A DNA stretch of 64,000 nucleotides, from positions 5,332,001 to 5,396,000 of the forward strand of contig CM035352.1 in assembly GCA_020137815.1 (NCBI GenBank). The letters are read 5' to 3'. Made by a program: the position numbers and the translations under genes. Below the pieces are notes generated by a model. The model ran no database searches and was not told the origin of the DNA. It saw only the letters and a list, made by a program, of their open reading frames with translations. This stretch comes from Hormiphora californensis. Its lineage: Eukaryota > Animalia > Ctenophora. How positions within the stretch are numbered: the first letter of the stretch is position 1; each line of letters begins with the position of its first letter. Shown piece by piece: positions 19,420 through 30,910 of this stretch.

Positions 19420-20746
19420 TGGCGGTTTATTAAGAGAATTTCGCCCCCTAAAAAAAGGTTTGCAATAAAAGGCTGCAAAAAAGGCTGCAATAAAAGGCTG
19501 CAATAAAAGGCTGCAATAAAAGGCTGCAATAAAAGGCTGCAATAAAAGGCTGCAATAAAAGGCTGCAATAAAAGGCTGCAATAAAAGGCTGCAAGGGATC
19601 ACGTATCTAACCAACTAAAAGCGGGGAATGGGGGACCGAATCGTCCTACCCTAATAGTGTTTCGTATCACGTATCGGCTGTAGAGAGACCGAATCAACCC
19701 TCCCTAATTATAGTGATTCGTGTCACGTATCCAACTAGACCATATGCGATAGAGACCGAGATAGAGAGCGAGTACGAGTGAGAACTGAGAGAGTGAAAAA
19801 TCAGAATCACGGTATGGTATCACGTACCATGGTATCCTCTAATGATAAAGCGGTTACCAATTGACATGAGACCTCATCGGTCCCGATACGTGATTCTCTA
19901 ACCGCTATGTATTCTCCATTAGTCTTTCCGTATCGATCAACGATTTAGTAGAGGTAGTCAGTAACTACTGAGAGTGGTTGGTTAATTAAATGAAAGGCGG
20001 TTACCTATATTTCACCTAATCGGTGCAAATGCCAATACGTGATTACTGATTTTCTACCGTTATTCGCCAATAGTCTTTATGTACACAATTCATTAGAGCG
20101 AATCATACATAATACTATGATAGGTGAACCAAGTGGTTGGGTGGTTCACCTGTCATTGTGCTACAACGCTCAATCAATGGATCTATCGTACCGGTAGGTA
20201 TGCTACCTCATTAGACCAACACTCTCAGTAGTTACTGACTACCTCTACTACTGAATCGTGGATCGATACGGAAAGACTAATGGAGAATACATAGCGGTAG
20301 AGAATCACGTATCGGGACCGATGAGGTCTCATTGTCAATTGGTAACCGCTTTTCATTAGAGGATACCATGGTACGTGATACCATACCGTGATTCTGATTT
20401 TTCACTCTCCTCACTTCTCCACTCGTACTCGCTCTCTATCTCGGTCCTCTATCGCATATGGTCTAGTTGGATACGTGACACGAATCATTATAATTAGGGG
20501 ATGGTGATTCGGTCTCTCTACAGCCGATACGTGATACGAAACACTATTAGGGTAGGACGATTCGGTCTATCCCCCGCTTTAGTCTGGTTGGATACGTGAT
20601 CCCTTGCAGCCTTTTATTGCAGCCTTTTATTGCAGCCTTTTATTGCAGCCTTTTATTGCAGCCTTTTATTGCAGCCTTTTATTGCAGCCTTTTTCTGCAG
20701 CCTTTTATTGCAGCCTTTTATTAGGAGCGAAGTTCTACTCACCTGC
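19420..20746. mobile_element. Foldback element, copy A (left end garbled)
   Basis: Near-identical to 23063-24375, with the same right flank CACGGTCT. Confidence 0.9.
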
Positions 20747-21408
20747 CCACGGTCTTCCTGGAGCGTCTGAAGTAACATGCTCTGCATAAACTGATTGGTG
20801 GGTGGCCTTGCTACGGCGGAGTGGAGGACGTGCTGGTGCGACTAATAAGCGTATTCGGTGCGGCCTCTACTACTTTCGGGCAGGTCATCCTCCAGACGCA
20901 GCAATCACAAACAAACAAGCAAACGAACATGAATATTACAGGCTTACCGAGAAATGGAGAAAATTAAAAAGAAAAAAAGGAGAAAAACTATGCTTTTCAA
21001 CCACGGAAAGTAACAGGGTACACTGTACAGGGCTGGGGAACTAAAATACCACACAAAATATACATAATCATTATAATATGTTGATTACTAACCTCTATAA
21101 GTTTGTCATCGCCCAGCTTCTGCCATGGATCTGCTAGCTGCGCTAGAGGCATAACCTATACAGGAGATTTGATTTGAAAAAAAAACTATAGTGCTATTAG
21201 GAGCACTATTATTAGTGGTATGTTGAGTGGATGAGAAAAGTTGCACCATGGTGACTTTATGAAACATATATAATGTACACAGGGAGCACAGTAAATTCAA
21301 CGGTTGCGCAAAAGATTGAAATTGGTACCCTTGAGTAGATGTAGTAATAGCGTGCTCTTGGTGAGGTTCTATCAACTTCCCAAAACTCAACTGTTGAGTA
21401 CTACTGAA

Positions 21409-21482
21409 TTGCCTAGCTAGACTGTGTTTAGCTCGCCCCGCCCGAAATAATACAAATGTAAAGGAGGGTTAGAACATAACAA
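21409..21482 (+). mobile_element. Tiny TTG...CAA element, copy 2 (74 bp)
   Basis: TSD CTACTGAA at 21401-21408 and 21483-21490; empty site in the duplicated segment at about 25037-25044. Confidence 0.9.
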
Positions 21483-21757
21483 CTACTGAATAATAACAGC
21501 TAAATGATAGCTGATGTGGGATGTGGCAAAGAATGATGGCACACAAAGTATCATATTTATCGTACGTGATTCCCCTCCACACCCGGTCGAGGAACAAATA
21601 CATGGGAGGGGGCCGGGAAGAAGCAAGATCAGAGAGGAAGGAGGGAAGATGGTTTTATTGCCCATAAAGGGGTTGAAAGAGAACACAACTTCTAGAAATA
21701 AGGAAACGAGGAACTAAACTACAAATTATGCAAAACATCCAAAACTACTACACGTAC

Positions 21758-21934
21758 CAGTAGTAAGTCTGACGTTATGACGACATCCGGGGCGGCGTGA
21801 AGAGCAGGAGAAGGGGGAAGGTTCCCTCTCCCTCCACCCCTGAGGAATCCCGCCACAATAAGTCGACCTAGCAGTCGAGCAGGGTGGATATGGCCAGGTG
21901 AGGATGTGTAAAACAAAAGCTGCCAGTACTTCAT
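21758..21934 (-). CDS. Candidate first coding exon of RSK (garbled twin at about 18030-18240)
   Basis: ATG just downstream of a (CT)n tract and CAG; open frame MKYWQLLFY...TSDLLL ends at a CTG|gtacgt donor; no recognisable homology. Confidence 0.35.
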
Positions 21935-21977
21935 TGATAGTGAGAGTGTATAGAGCGAAATGTGAGCTGTGAGTAGT

Positions 21978-22105
<128 letters not shown>

Positions 22106-22552
22106 CGTGTTAGAAATTGTTGTATAGAGAAACGCCACCCTTTGTCTCATATGTCATTCTGATGCGAAAATATTAACCCAATTGCAACAATCTAAGATTA
22201 TTTTAACAAAATTGTAACCCAAGATCAGATACAAAACTCAACATACCAGAGATTGTGCCTCAAGCAAGCGTCTTTAATTACCCATCCCGGCATCTCTTAG
22301 CGAATTTGGTGGTTACCATGGTAACTTAATGGGTATCAACACGATTGAAAAATAAATTAAAAAACGATTTGATTTTCTATGTCGAGTTTCGTATTTTATA
22401 ATTTCTTTTCATTCGATTTCTGTCCTGCAGGTGTTGGTATGCTGCGAATGTACAAAGTGTGGAACATTATAAAATTAATTTTCTTTCCCCTCCAATCTCA
22501 CTACCTCTCTCAGTATCTATCTCCTCCAAGCACAGCTCCTTAACAATATAGA

Positions 22553-22634
<82 letters not shown>

Positions 22635-22802
22635 AGAAAGAGCGACAGAGAGACAGAGAGAGAAGGAAGGCAGTGGTAGCTGTCCTACTGATTATGTGTG
22701 CGTGTGTGCCCACCACCATAGAGCACAACACTCGCAGCAGCACACCTTTAAAGTAGAGCATTCTCTCTTTCTATCTTTCTCTCTATCTTTCTCTCTCTAT
22801 CT

Positions 22803-22860
<58 letters not shown>

Positions 22861-23062
22861 CCCTCTCTCTCAACCTATCTGCAAATATGGTAGAGGCAGA
22901 AAGTTGATGTGGCTAAGCAATAAGAAGATGGGGCTTTTTGTATTTTGTTTGTCTGTGCTTTTATCATATCATACAAACATGAATATTTAGGCCAGGAGTA
23001 GTGTGATACCCCTGTCGATGCCGTGCGGCTCTCGCCGCTCGGTGTGTGGTTGACCACGGTCT

Positions 23063-24375
23063 GGCAGGTGAGTAGAACTTCGCTCCTAATAAAAGGCTGC
23101 AATAAAAGGCTGCAGAAAAAGGCTGCAATAAAAGGCTGCAATAAAAGGCTGCAATAAAAGGCTGCAATAAAAGGCTGCAATAAAAGGCTGCAATAAAAGG
23201 CTGCAATAAAAGGCTGCAATAAAAGGCTGCAAGGGATCACGTATCTAACCAGACTAAAGCGGGGAATAGACCGAATCGTCCTACCCTAATAGTGTTTCGT
23301 ATCACGTATCGGCTGTAGAGAGACCGAATCACCCTCCCCTAATTATAGTGATTCGTGTCACGTATCCAACTAGACCATATGCGATAGAGACCGAGATAGA
23401 GAGCGAGTACGAGTGAGAACTGAGAGAGTGAAAAATCAGAATCACGGTATGGTATCACGTACCATGGTATCCTCTAATGAAAAGCGGTTACCAATTGACA
23501 ATGAGACCTCATCGGTCCCGATACGTGATTCTCTACCGCTATGTATTCTCCATTAGTCTTTCCGTATCGATCAACGATTTAGTAGAGGTAGTCAGTAACT
23601 ACTGAGAGTGTTGGTTAATTAAATGAAAGGCGGTTACCTATAATTTCACCTAATCGGTGCCAAATGCCAATACGTGATTACTGATTTTCTACCGTTATTC
23701 GCCAATAGTCTTTATGTACACAATTCAGTAGAGCGGAATCATACATAATACTATGATAGGTGAACCAAGTGGTTGGGTGGTTCACCTGTCATTGTGCTAC
23801 ACGCTCAATCAATGGATCTATCGTACCGGTAGGTAGCTACCTCATTAGACCAACACTCTCAGTAGTTACTGACTACCTCTACTGAATCGTGGATCGATAC
23901 GGAAAGACTAATGGAGAATACATAGCGGTAGAGAATCACGTATCGGGACCGATGAGGTCTCATTGTCAATTGGTAACCGCTTTTCATTAGAGGATACCAT
24001 GGTACGTGATACCATACCGTGATTCTGATTTTTCACTCTCTCACTTCTCACTCGTACTCGCTCTCTATCTCGGTCTCTATCGCATATGGTCTAGTTGGAT
24101 ACGTGACACGAATCATTATAATTAGGGGATGGTGATTCGGTCTCTCTACAGCCGATACGTGATACGAAACACTATTAGGGTAGGACGATTCGGTCTATCC
24201 CCCGCTTTAGTCTGGTTGGATACGTGATCCCTTGCAGCCTTTTATTGCAGCCTTTTATTGCAGCCTTTTATTGCAGCCTTTTATTGCAGCCTTTTATTGC
24301 AGCCTTTTATTGCAGCCTTTTTCTGCAGCCTTTTATTGCAGCCTTTTATTAGGAGCGAAGTTCTACTCACCTGCC
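23063..24375. mobile_element. Foldback-type non-autonomous DNA transposon, 1313 bp, with about 550-bp inverted arms
   Basis: Termini GGCAGGTGAGTAGAACTTCGCTCC / GGAGCGAAGTTCTACTCACCTGCC; TSD CACGGTCT (8 bp, or 9 if one C is shared); arrays of the 13-mer AATAAAAGGCTGC; repeated ATCACGTATC motifs. Confidence 0.93.
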
Positions 24376-26637
24376 CACGGTCTTCCTGGAGCGTCTGAAG
24401 TAACATGCTCTGCATAAACTGATTGGTGGGTGGCCTTGCTACGGCGGAGTGGAGGACGTGCTGGGGCGCCTAATAAGCGTATTCGGTGCGGCCTCTACTA
24501 CTTTCGGGCAGGTCATCCTCCAGACGCAGCAATCACAAACAAACAAACAAACAAACATGAATATTACAGACTTACCGAGAAATGGAGAGAATTAAAAAGA
24601 AAAGGAGAAAACTATGCCTTTCAACCACGGAAAGTAACAGGGTACAGGGCTGGGGAACTAAAATACCACACACAATAATCACAATCATTATATTTGTTGA
24701 TTACTAACCTCTATAAGTTTATCATCACCCAGCTTCTGCCATGGATCTGCTAGCTGCGCTAGAGGCATAACCTATACAGGAGATTTGCTATTAGCAACTT
24801 TTAGGAGCACTATTATTAGTGGTATGTTGAGTGGATGAGAAAAGTTGCACCATGGTGACTTTATAAAACACATAATGTACACACTACTGCACAGGGAGCA
24901 CAGTAAATTCAACGGTTGAGCAAAAGATTGAAATTGGTACCCTTGAGTAGATCTGATGTAATAGCCTTGATCAGATGTTGTAATAGCGTGCTCTTGGCGA
25001 GGTTCTATCAACTACCCAAAACTCAACTTTTGAGTACTACTGAATGATAACAGCTAAATGATAGCTGATGTGGGATGTGGCGAAGAATGATGGCACACAA
25101 AGTATCATCTTTCTCGTACGTGATCCCCCTCCACAAATACAACGAATATGGGAGGGGGCCGGGAAGAAGCAAGATCAGAGAGGAAGGAGGGAAGATGGTT
25201 AATTGTGGTTTACGCACAAATAAGGCAATTGCATTCAGTGCTGACAGTAACCATTTATCTTTTTAATAGATTTCTAATAAGTGTACAAGAGAAATCAACA
25301 GTAAAAGAACCCCTTTACTTAGTAAAGGTAGTTTCAAGAATTTAAAAAACGGAACATGATTGGATTCTTTAAAAGCCTGTCTTGAAGAATTCTGATAATT
25401 CTAGCGTACATAGTAGTGTTGATAGATGGTGAAAGGATTCTAGGTGTGTGTGTGTGTGTGTGTGTATGTGCGTATGTGTGACATGACATACTGTATAAGA
25501 ATGCTTCATTTAAACATTCCTTACATTAGTCACACTGTCACACTGTATAACATGACACACCATTATACAAGAGGTGGTGAACCACTCTCCACTAAGAGAG
25601 AGGTTGACTGAGCATGTTTCGAACAATAACACATTCTTTATCTCTTTCTCCCTCAATCAGATCTCTTCATCAATCTATCACATCTATTTATACGCCGTAT
25701 GGTGCTTTAACATTTTTCGCTACCGAAGATTTGCGGTCGCTGGACGAAAGTACCAAAAGTGATTCAGAAGAAAATCTTCAGACTTCAAACACGCATGTTC
25801 GTCAACGTATGCTAAAATAAACTAATGATTTTCATAAATGCATTAAATGCATTCTACATCACAAAGTTAAGTATCTTGGAGTCTCTAGGAAACACAAGAA
25901 AACTAAAACGTCAATTTTCACGTCTGGGATATTTTCCGGGGACGTTTCTAAATACGTCCACAGTAGGAGACGTCAATACAGCCAGAAAGTGACTTAACCA
26001 TGACACGTTTTGACATTTCAAATTCCCATTCGAGGCATCAAATTTCTTTCCCGCCCCTAACTATCACTGGATAACGAGATTTTCTGGATCGGTTACCGGT
26101 ACTCGGATACCCAAAGCAAAACAACAATTCAATCTTGGACTGAATTCGGACAGTTTCCAGGGAGGGGGAGGCTCTGTGAGGAACTGACACCTGTGTAGTT
26201 TATACACGAAGGCGATAACTAGATAACAAGATAAAAAGATATTTTGGCAGTACATGACGGGTGGTGCATTTATTATAATCCCTCAACTGGGACCTCTCGA
26301 TTCCCGGTCCCGGGAAATCTCCCGGAAGTGTACGGGAGGCGATAGGTACTGCATAATCGTACTGCAAAACATTGATAGTGCCTATTAGCGTGGTACACCT
26401 CTTTTGCTAAGGTATTATTTATGAAGTAATTGAGTTACTTTAGATACTTCTGTCAAGACTCAAGATGGAAATTGGACCAAAGTTTCGAATAAAAATAAAA
26501 GTACAACCCACGACTGTTTCAATCCTAAAAACAGTATTCATTTCCATTAGGTGGGGCCTGCTGGCTGCTGTGAGCTGTCTGCTGACGGGCGACGACAGCG
26601 GACAGACCACGTCATACGACATACCATATTTTAAATG

Positions 26638-27745
26638 AACTAGAGTACCCGTTTGCTGGGAACCCGTGACCTGGTAAATGGTAATTTATCCTCATATAAC
26701 CGGTGACATTTGTGTTTGATTTTTAAAAGATAATTTGTTTGTTCCTTAGAGCAATGAGTCTCATAGTAGGAGCGGTTAGATCAGCACGTGCAGAAAGTCG
26801 CGCGCCACCCTAATCTCAGGTTACTCTCACGGCTTCATTTTGCATCCAATCCAAAAGTGACCTTCATCAAACCTGTAGATCTCCTCAAGGAGAAGCGAAA
26901 ACTTGAGGGACATTTCTTGATAATGATTGGATGCGACCTCGAGGAGCTATGACAATGCGCAAAAAGGGGTGGCATGCGACTTTAACCACGTGGTGATCTA
27001 ACCGCTGCTACTATATCATACACCTTGGGTTTTTGAAAAAACGGCCATTACAATTTTAGCGAGGCGGGTAAATCATTTACTGTAACGCGCGAATTTTCCC
27101 AAAAAAGCGCTGCTTTTTTACGCCGCGCCCGGAACCTAGAATTACGCGCGCAGTGTAAAATTTTAAAATTCATTGAAAATTTCCTAGCGTTTTATGTCGC
27201 CAAAAAAAGTCGACGAAAAATTCCAAATTCGTGAATTTAGAATTATAAGAACTCCGGTCAGTTCTCATCTTGCCAATCCGTTTTCCGGGAACCCCTGGCC
27301 AAAGGACATTAAAGTTCACATAACGACCAAGTTTCGTATCGATTGGATAAGATTTTGGGTGGCTACGGTGAAAAATATCGTATTTTTGGCATTTTTAACT
27401 TTCCCGACGCGATTTACGACCCTTAAACATTGAGTTACGGGAAATCGCTATCATGTAAAATGAAGTTCAAACGATTCTCTTTCCCCACTATTGCGTTAGT
27501 TTTTTGATTTAGAGCCGTTTTCAGGGTCTTAGAAGCGTTTGAAAAATGTAAGTCTTTTTGTCGCAATGACGTCACCCCGTGACGTCACTGTTGTAAAGAT
27601 CGGATCAAAAATCTGAGCCCGTACTTACACCCGCCTTGGTCCAAAGTACCAGTGTACAAATTTTCAGGGGTCTAGCTCAAAAACTGTAGGAGGAGTAGGG
27701 AGAAAACAATTATCGGACTAACATTTTGGAATTTATTATATGGAT
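26638..27745 (+). mobile_element. Helentron/DINE-like non-autonomous element
   Basis: Starts ACTAGAGTACCCG and ends TTTATTATATGGAT; contains TGTACAAATTTTCAGGGGTCTAGCTC..GGAGGAGTAG and CCAAGTTTCGTATCGATTGG motifs; no TSD seen. Confidence 0.55.
26766..27011. mobile_element. TA-flanked MITE nested in the Helentron-like element
   Basis: GTAGGAGCGGTTAGATCAGCACGTG..AAAGTCGC..GCCACCC is inverted at 26967-27011. Confidence 0.8.
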
Positions 27746-28089
27746 CATTTTGCATAAATAAGCTGTTGACACGAACTTGAGATGGCCTAAAGAAGACGTT
27801 CACTTATAGTGGAGAGCGCAGCTCCAGACCGCGCAATTCCAAGCCGCGCATTTTGTTCTTGTTTGCGCGCGCTCTGCCACTTGTTCGTCCGTACTCGAGC
27901 CAAACCAAAAATTTTTCATTTCCACTTCGGTGGATTCTGGGAGGTTCGATCCGGACGCTCTGTGCGATTTCGATGTTCTTTCTTTGTATTCTGTTTTATT
28001 TGTGCCGTTCTTGATTCCAAAGTTATAAATTCATCTTTACCCAAAATTTAGCTACTTTTTTATGTTTTTCGTTGAGAGAAATTTTTGAA

Positions 28090-28487
28090 AAAGCTTGAGC
28101 AGCCTTGAGCCTTGACCAAATGCCTGGATAAACAATTTGTCACTGTTTGCTACGTTTTTGCTAGTTGTGTTGTACACCTTCTTTAAGGTGTAATAGCTCT
28201 CACACGCACCGCCGAACTGTTCAAAAAGTCCTTCTATGACCATTATTGAGCCAATCAATCAGGGAAGCTTTAGATTTGTACCTCTTGTTCCCCGATCCCA
28301 GGGATGTCGCGGCCTGCTCTAGCGTGTCGTCAGAAAAACGTTTCAGTTTTTTAACGTTAGTGTTGTGGAGAACAGTAGGGCTGTAGGCATCGATCAGTCT
28401 CTTTACCTTAGCGTTAGCAGTGTCGTCATCACGCAGCTCCTTGAGTCTACGTTTCTGCTTCTCCACTTGATCACAATCGTCAACCAT
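28090..28487 (-). pseudogene. Degenerate ORF resembling the N-terminus of a LINE ORF1
   Basis: MVDDCDQ...KASLID, then a frameshift to IMVIEGLFEQFGGACESYY...FGQGS, suggesting decayed Cys motifs; no introns; spliced-leader-like sequence directly upstream. Confidence 0.45.
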
Positions 28488-28492
28488 TTTGG

Positions 28493-28535
28493 CTCAAATT
28501 AATTTGTTTAAAGTAGTGTTGAAAAGTTTGAAACT
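28493..28535 (-). other. Spliced-leader (SL) exon-like sequence, not followed by a GT donor
   Basis: Minus strand reads AGTTTCAAACTTTTCAACACTACTTTAAACAAATTAATTTGAG then CCAAAATG; matches my recollection of the Pleurobrachia SL (ctenophore SLs end AATTTGAG). Confidence 0.75.
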
Positions 28536-29169
28536 TTTTGAAATTTGGATTTTGTGTTTCAATTTCATTTTTGAAACGTTAGAGCACTGGCAAACCTGTA
28601 CCTCCTCCGCATTTATCACTTACCTGTCGTTCAATTTAACGAATTGGGCTAGTGTGCTATACATTTCGATATCTCTCGATATCTTTTGCGAGTGGAGATT
28701 TTCGTCATAAAATAATTTGAGTGTATTCTTTTTTCAATATAATTAATTGAAGCTTCTAAAGTAAACAACACCCACTGCACCATTGTTTGAAAAATACAGT
28801 TGCCTGAAAACCACCACCTCTGATACATATAGAATCAAAACCCAGACATGACAATGATCCATCAGAACCATTTTTCATAAACCAAGTGAGTTGTCTTGGA
28901 GATTCTCGATCGCAGGGTATTCTAGTAACAACTGTTTTTACATCTTTCTCCACCAATGTCGCAACATTATCCTCTACAATATATAACTATCTTTGCGCTA
29001 CCCAGGTGCCAACTGATATATGATAAACATAGGAATAAAGACCAAGCTTCTACAACGTCCATGGCTAGGCAGGATTGCTATAGAACGTGGACTACAGTGA
29101 ACACTCACACAACCAATACTAAGCTAGAGGTGAATTATCGCAGTAATACTACAGTAATAGTAATATTTT

Positions 29170-29537
29170 CCCTTCCCTTGGCCTTCTCTTCCCTTGGCCT
29201 TCCCTTCCCTTGGCCTTCCCTTCCCTTGGCCTTCCCTTCCCTTGGCCTTCCCTTCCCTTGGCCTTCCCTTCCCTTCCCTTGGCCTTCCCTTCCCTTGGCC
29301 TTCCCTTCCCTTGGCCTTCCCTTCCCTTGGCCTTCCCTTCCCTTCCCTTCCCTTCCCTTCCCTTCCCTTCCCTTCCCTTCCCTTCCCTTCCCTTCCCTTC
29401 CCTTCCCTTCCCTTCCCTTCCCTTCCCTTCCCTTCCCTTCCCTTCCCTTCCCTTCCCTTCCCTTCCCTTCCCTTCCCTTCCCTTCCCTTCCCTTCCCTTC
29501 CCTTCCCTTCCCTTCCCTTCCCTTCCCTTCCCTTCCC
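29170..29537. repeat. (CCCTT)n microsatellite with a CCCTTGG variant block
   Basis: Direct reading. Confidence 0.98.
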
Positions 29538-30083
29538 TTTTCCTTTCTCTTTTCCTTTCCTTCCTCTTTTCCTTTCATTTCAAAACTCTGCCTATACGTA
29601 ACTCCCCATCCTTCTCCCTGCTGCAGGTTCAGTTGATTGGAAATGGGGGTAGGGCACTCAGACTACCCACACGAGTTAGGTAGCTCATTATTGATCCCAC
29701 TAAACAGATGATATAGGAGATGTTGTTACCTTTACTGTTGACCATAACAACACCGAGTGTTCCACTGGAGGAGTTCTTATACAGGGTAACTTATCAGGAT
29801 TGACTGTCAAGGCTTTTTAATCGTCAATGCTCTGTTATACCAAAATCATGTTTTACACGTTTTCCCTCCCCCTCAGGACTTCACACTGCGCTATCAGAAC
29901 GGACCAGTAATAATCGAGAGTTACTACTACACCCCTAACCATGTGGCTGCTGGTTGATCCAAGTTCGTTGGGATAGATGAGATCTGGTTGATATAGGTGA
30001 CTGTGTGGGGCTGTGGCTAGTGTTACTGTCAGTTATGTCAGAGTGGTCCTGTTGAGAAAAACCACGCCCCAGAGAAAGAGAGA

Positions 30084-30195
<112 letters not shown>

Positions 30196-30596
30196 AGTTG
30201 GTCCACCTGCCACCACCTCCAATCGGTTTCCCCCGGGCAACGGGGTCACACGGAGTACCTTTTTCCCCATCCCCTTTTCCCCCTGTTCGATTTCCAGGTC
30301 CGTGTGGCCGCGGCTGAGCGTGGCTGTGTATCAGAAATACGGAAAAAAAATCAGAAAATACAAAATACAAAAACATCTTCTTGGCTAGGCGGCCCACAGT
30401 GTATCAACGCCAACTACTACGTTCCTACCCCGCCTTCTCCGGCTCAGGGTTACCAGTGGAACAGGCATCTTCCAGCCAACTGTGGACCCCCAACGCCCCT
30501 TTATCCACTAACCCGCTAACCAATACTATTTTTGTTCTACTGGCCCCCCTAACCCACTTCTTCCATTTTTGATAGGGTTCTACATCGGAGATGATT

Positions 30597-30910
30597 CTTT
30601 GGAGCGGGGTGGCTGTCCTCTCTGGAGCGGGGTCGGCTGTCCTTACTGGAACGGGGTCAGCTGTCCTCTCTGGGGCGGAGTGACTGTCCTCTCTGGAGCG
30701 GGGTCAGCTGTCCTTACTGGAACGGGGTCAGCTGTCTTCTCTGGAACGGGGTGGCTGTCTTCTCTGGAGCGGGGTCAGCTGGCTTCTCTGGAACGGGGTC
30801 AGCTGGCTTTTCTGGAACGGGGTCAGCTGGCTTCTCTGGAGCGGGGTCGGCTGTCTTCTCTGGGGCGGGGTCAGCTGGCTTCTCTGGAACGGGCTGGCTG
30901 TCCTCTCTGG
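30597..30910. repeat. About 24-bp GC-rich minisatellite, about 13 units
   Basis: TCTCTGGARCGGGGTCAGCTGKCY repeated. Confidence 0.92.

Noticed and set aside
23088-23231. 13-bp array, the 22-bp array at 40786 and the 24-bp array at 30597 as CRISPR arrays
   Set aside because: Units are head-to-tail with no unique spacers, there are no cas genes, and the context is eukaryotic
28493-28535. Functional SL RNA gene
   Set aside because: The leader is followed by CCAAAATG, not by a GT donor and SL intron with an Sm site
28956-29683. FPSLP/GKGRE ORFs, and the KGKER, ER and LS ORFs elsewhere
   Set aside because: They are translations of microsatellites
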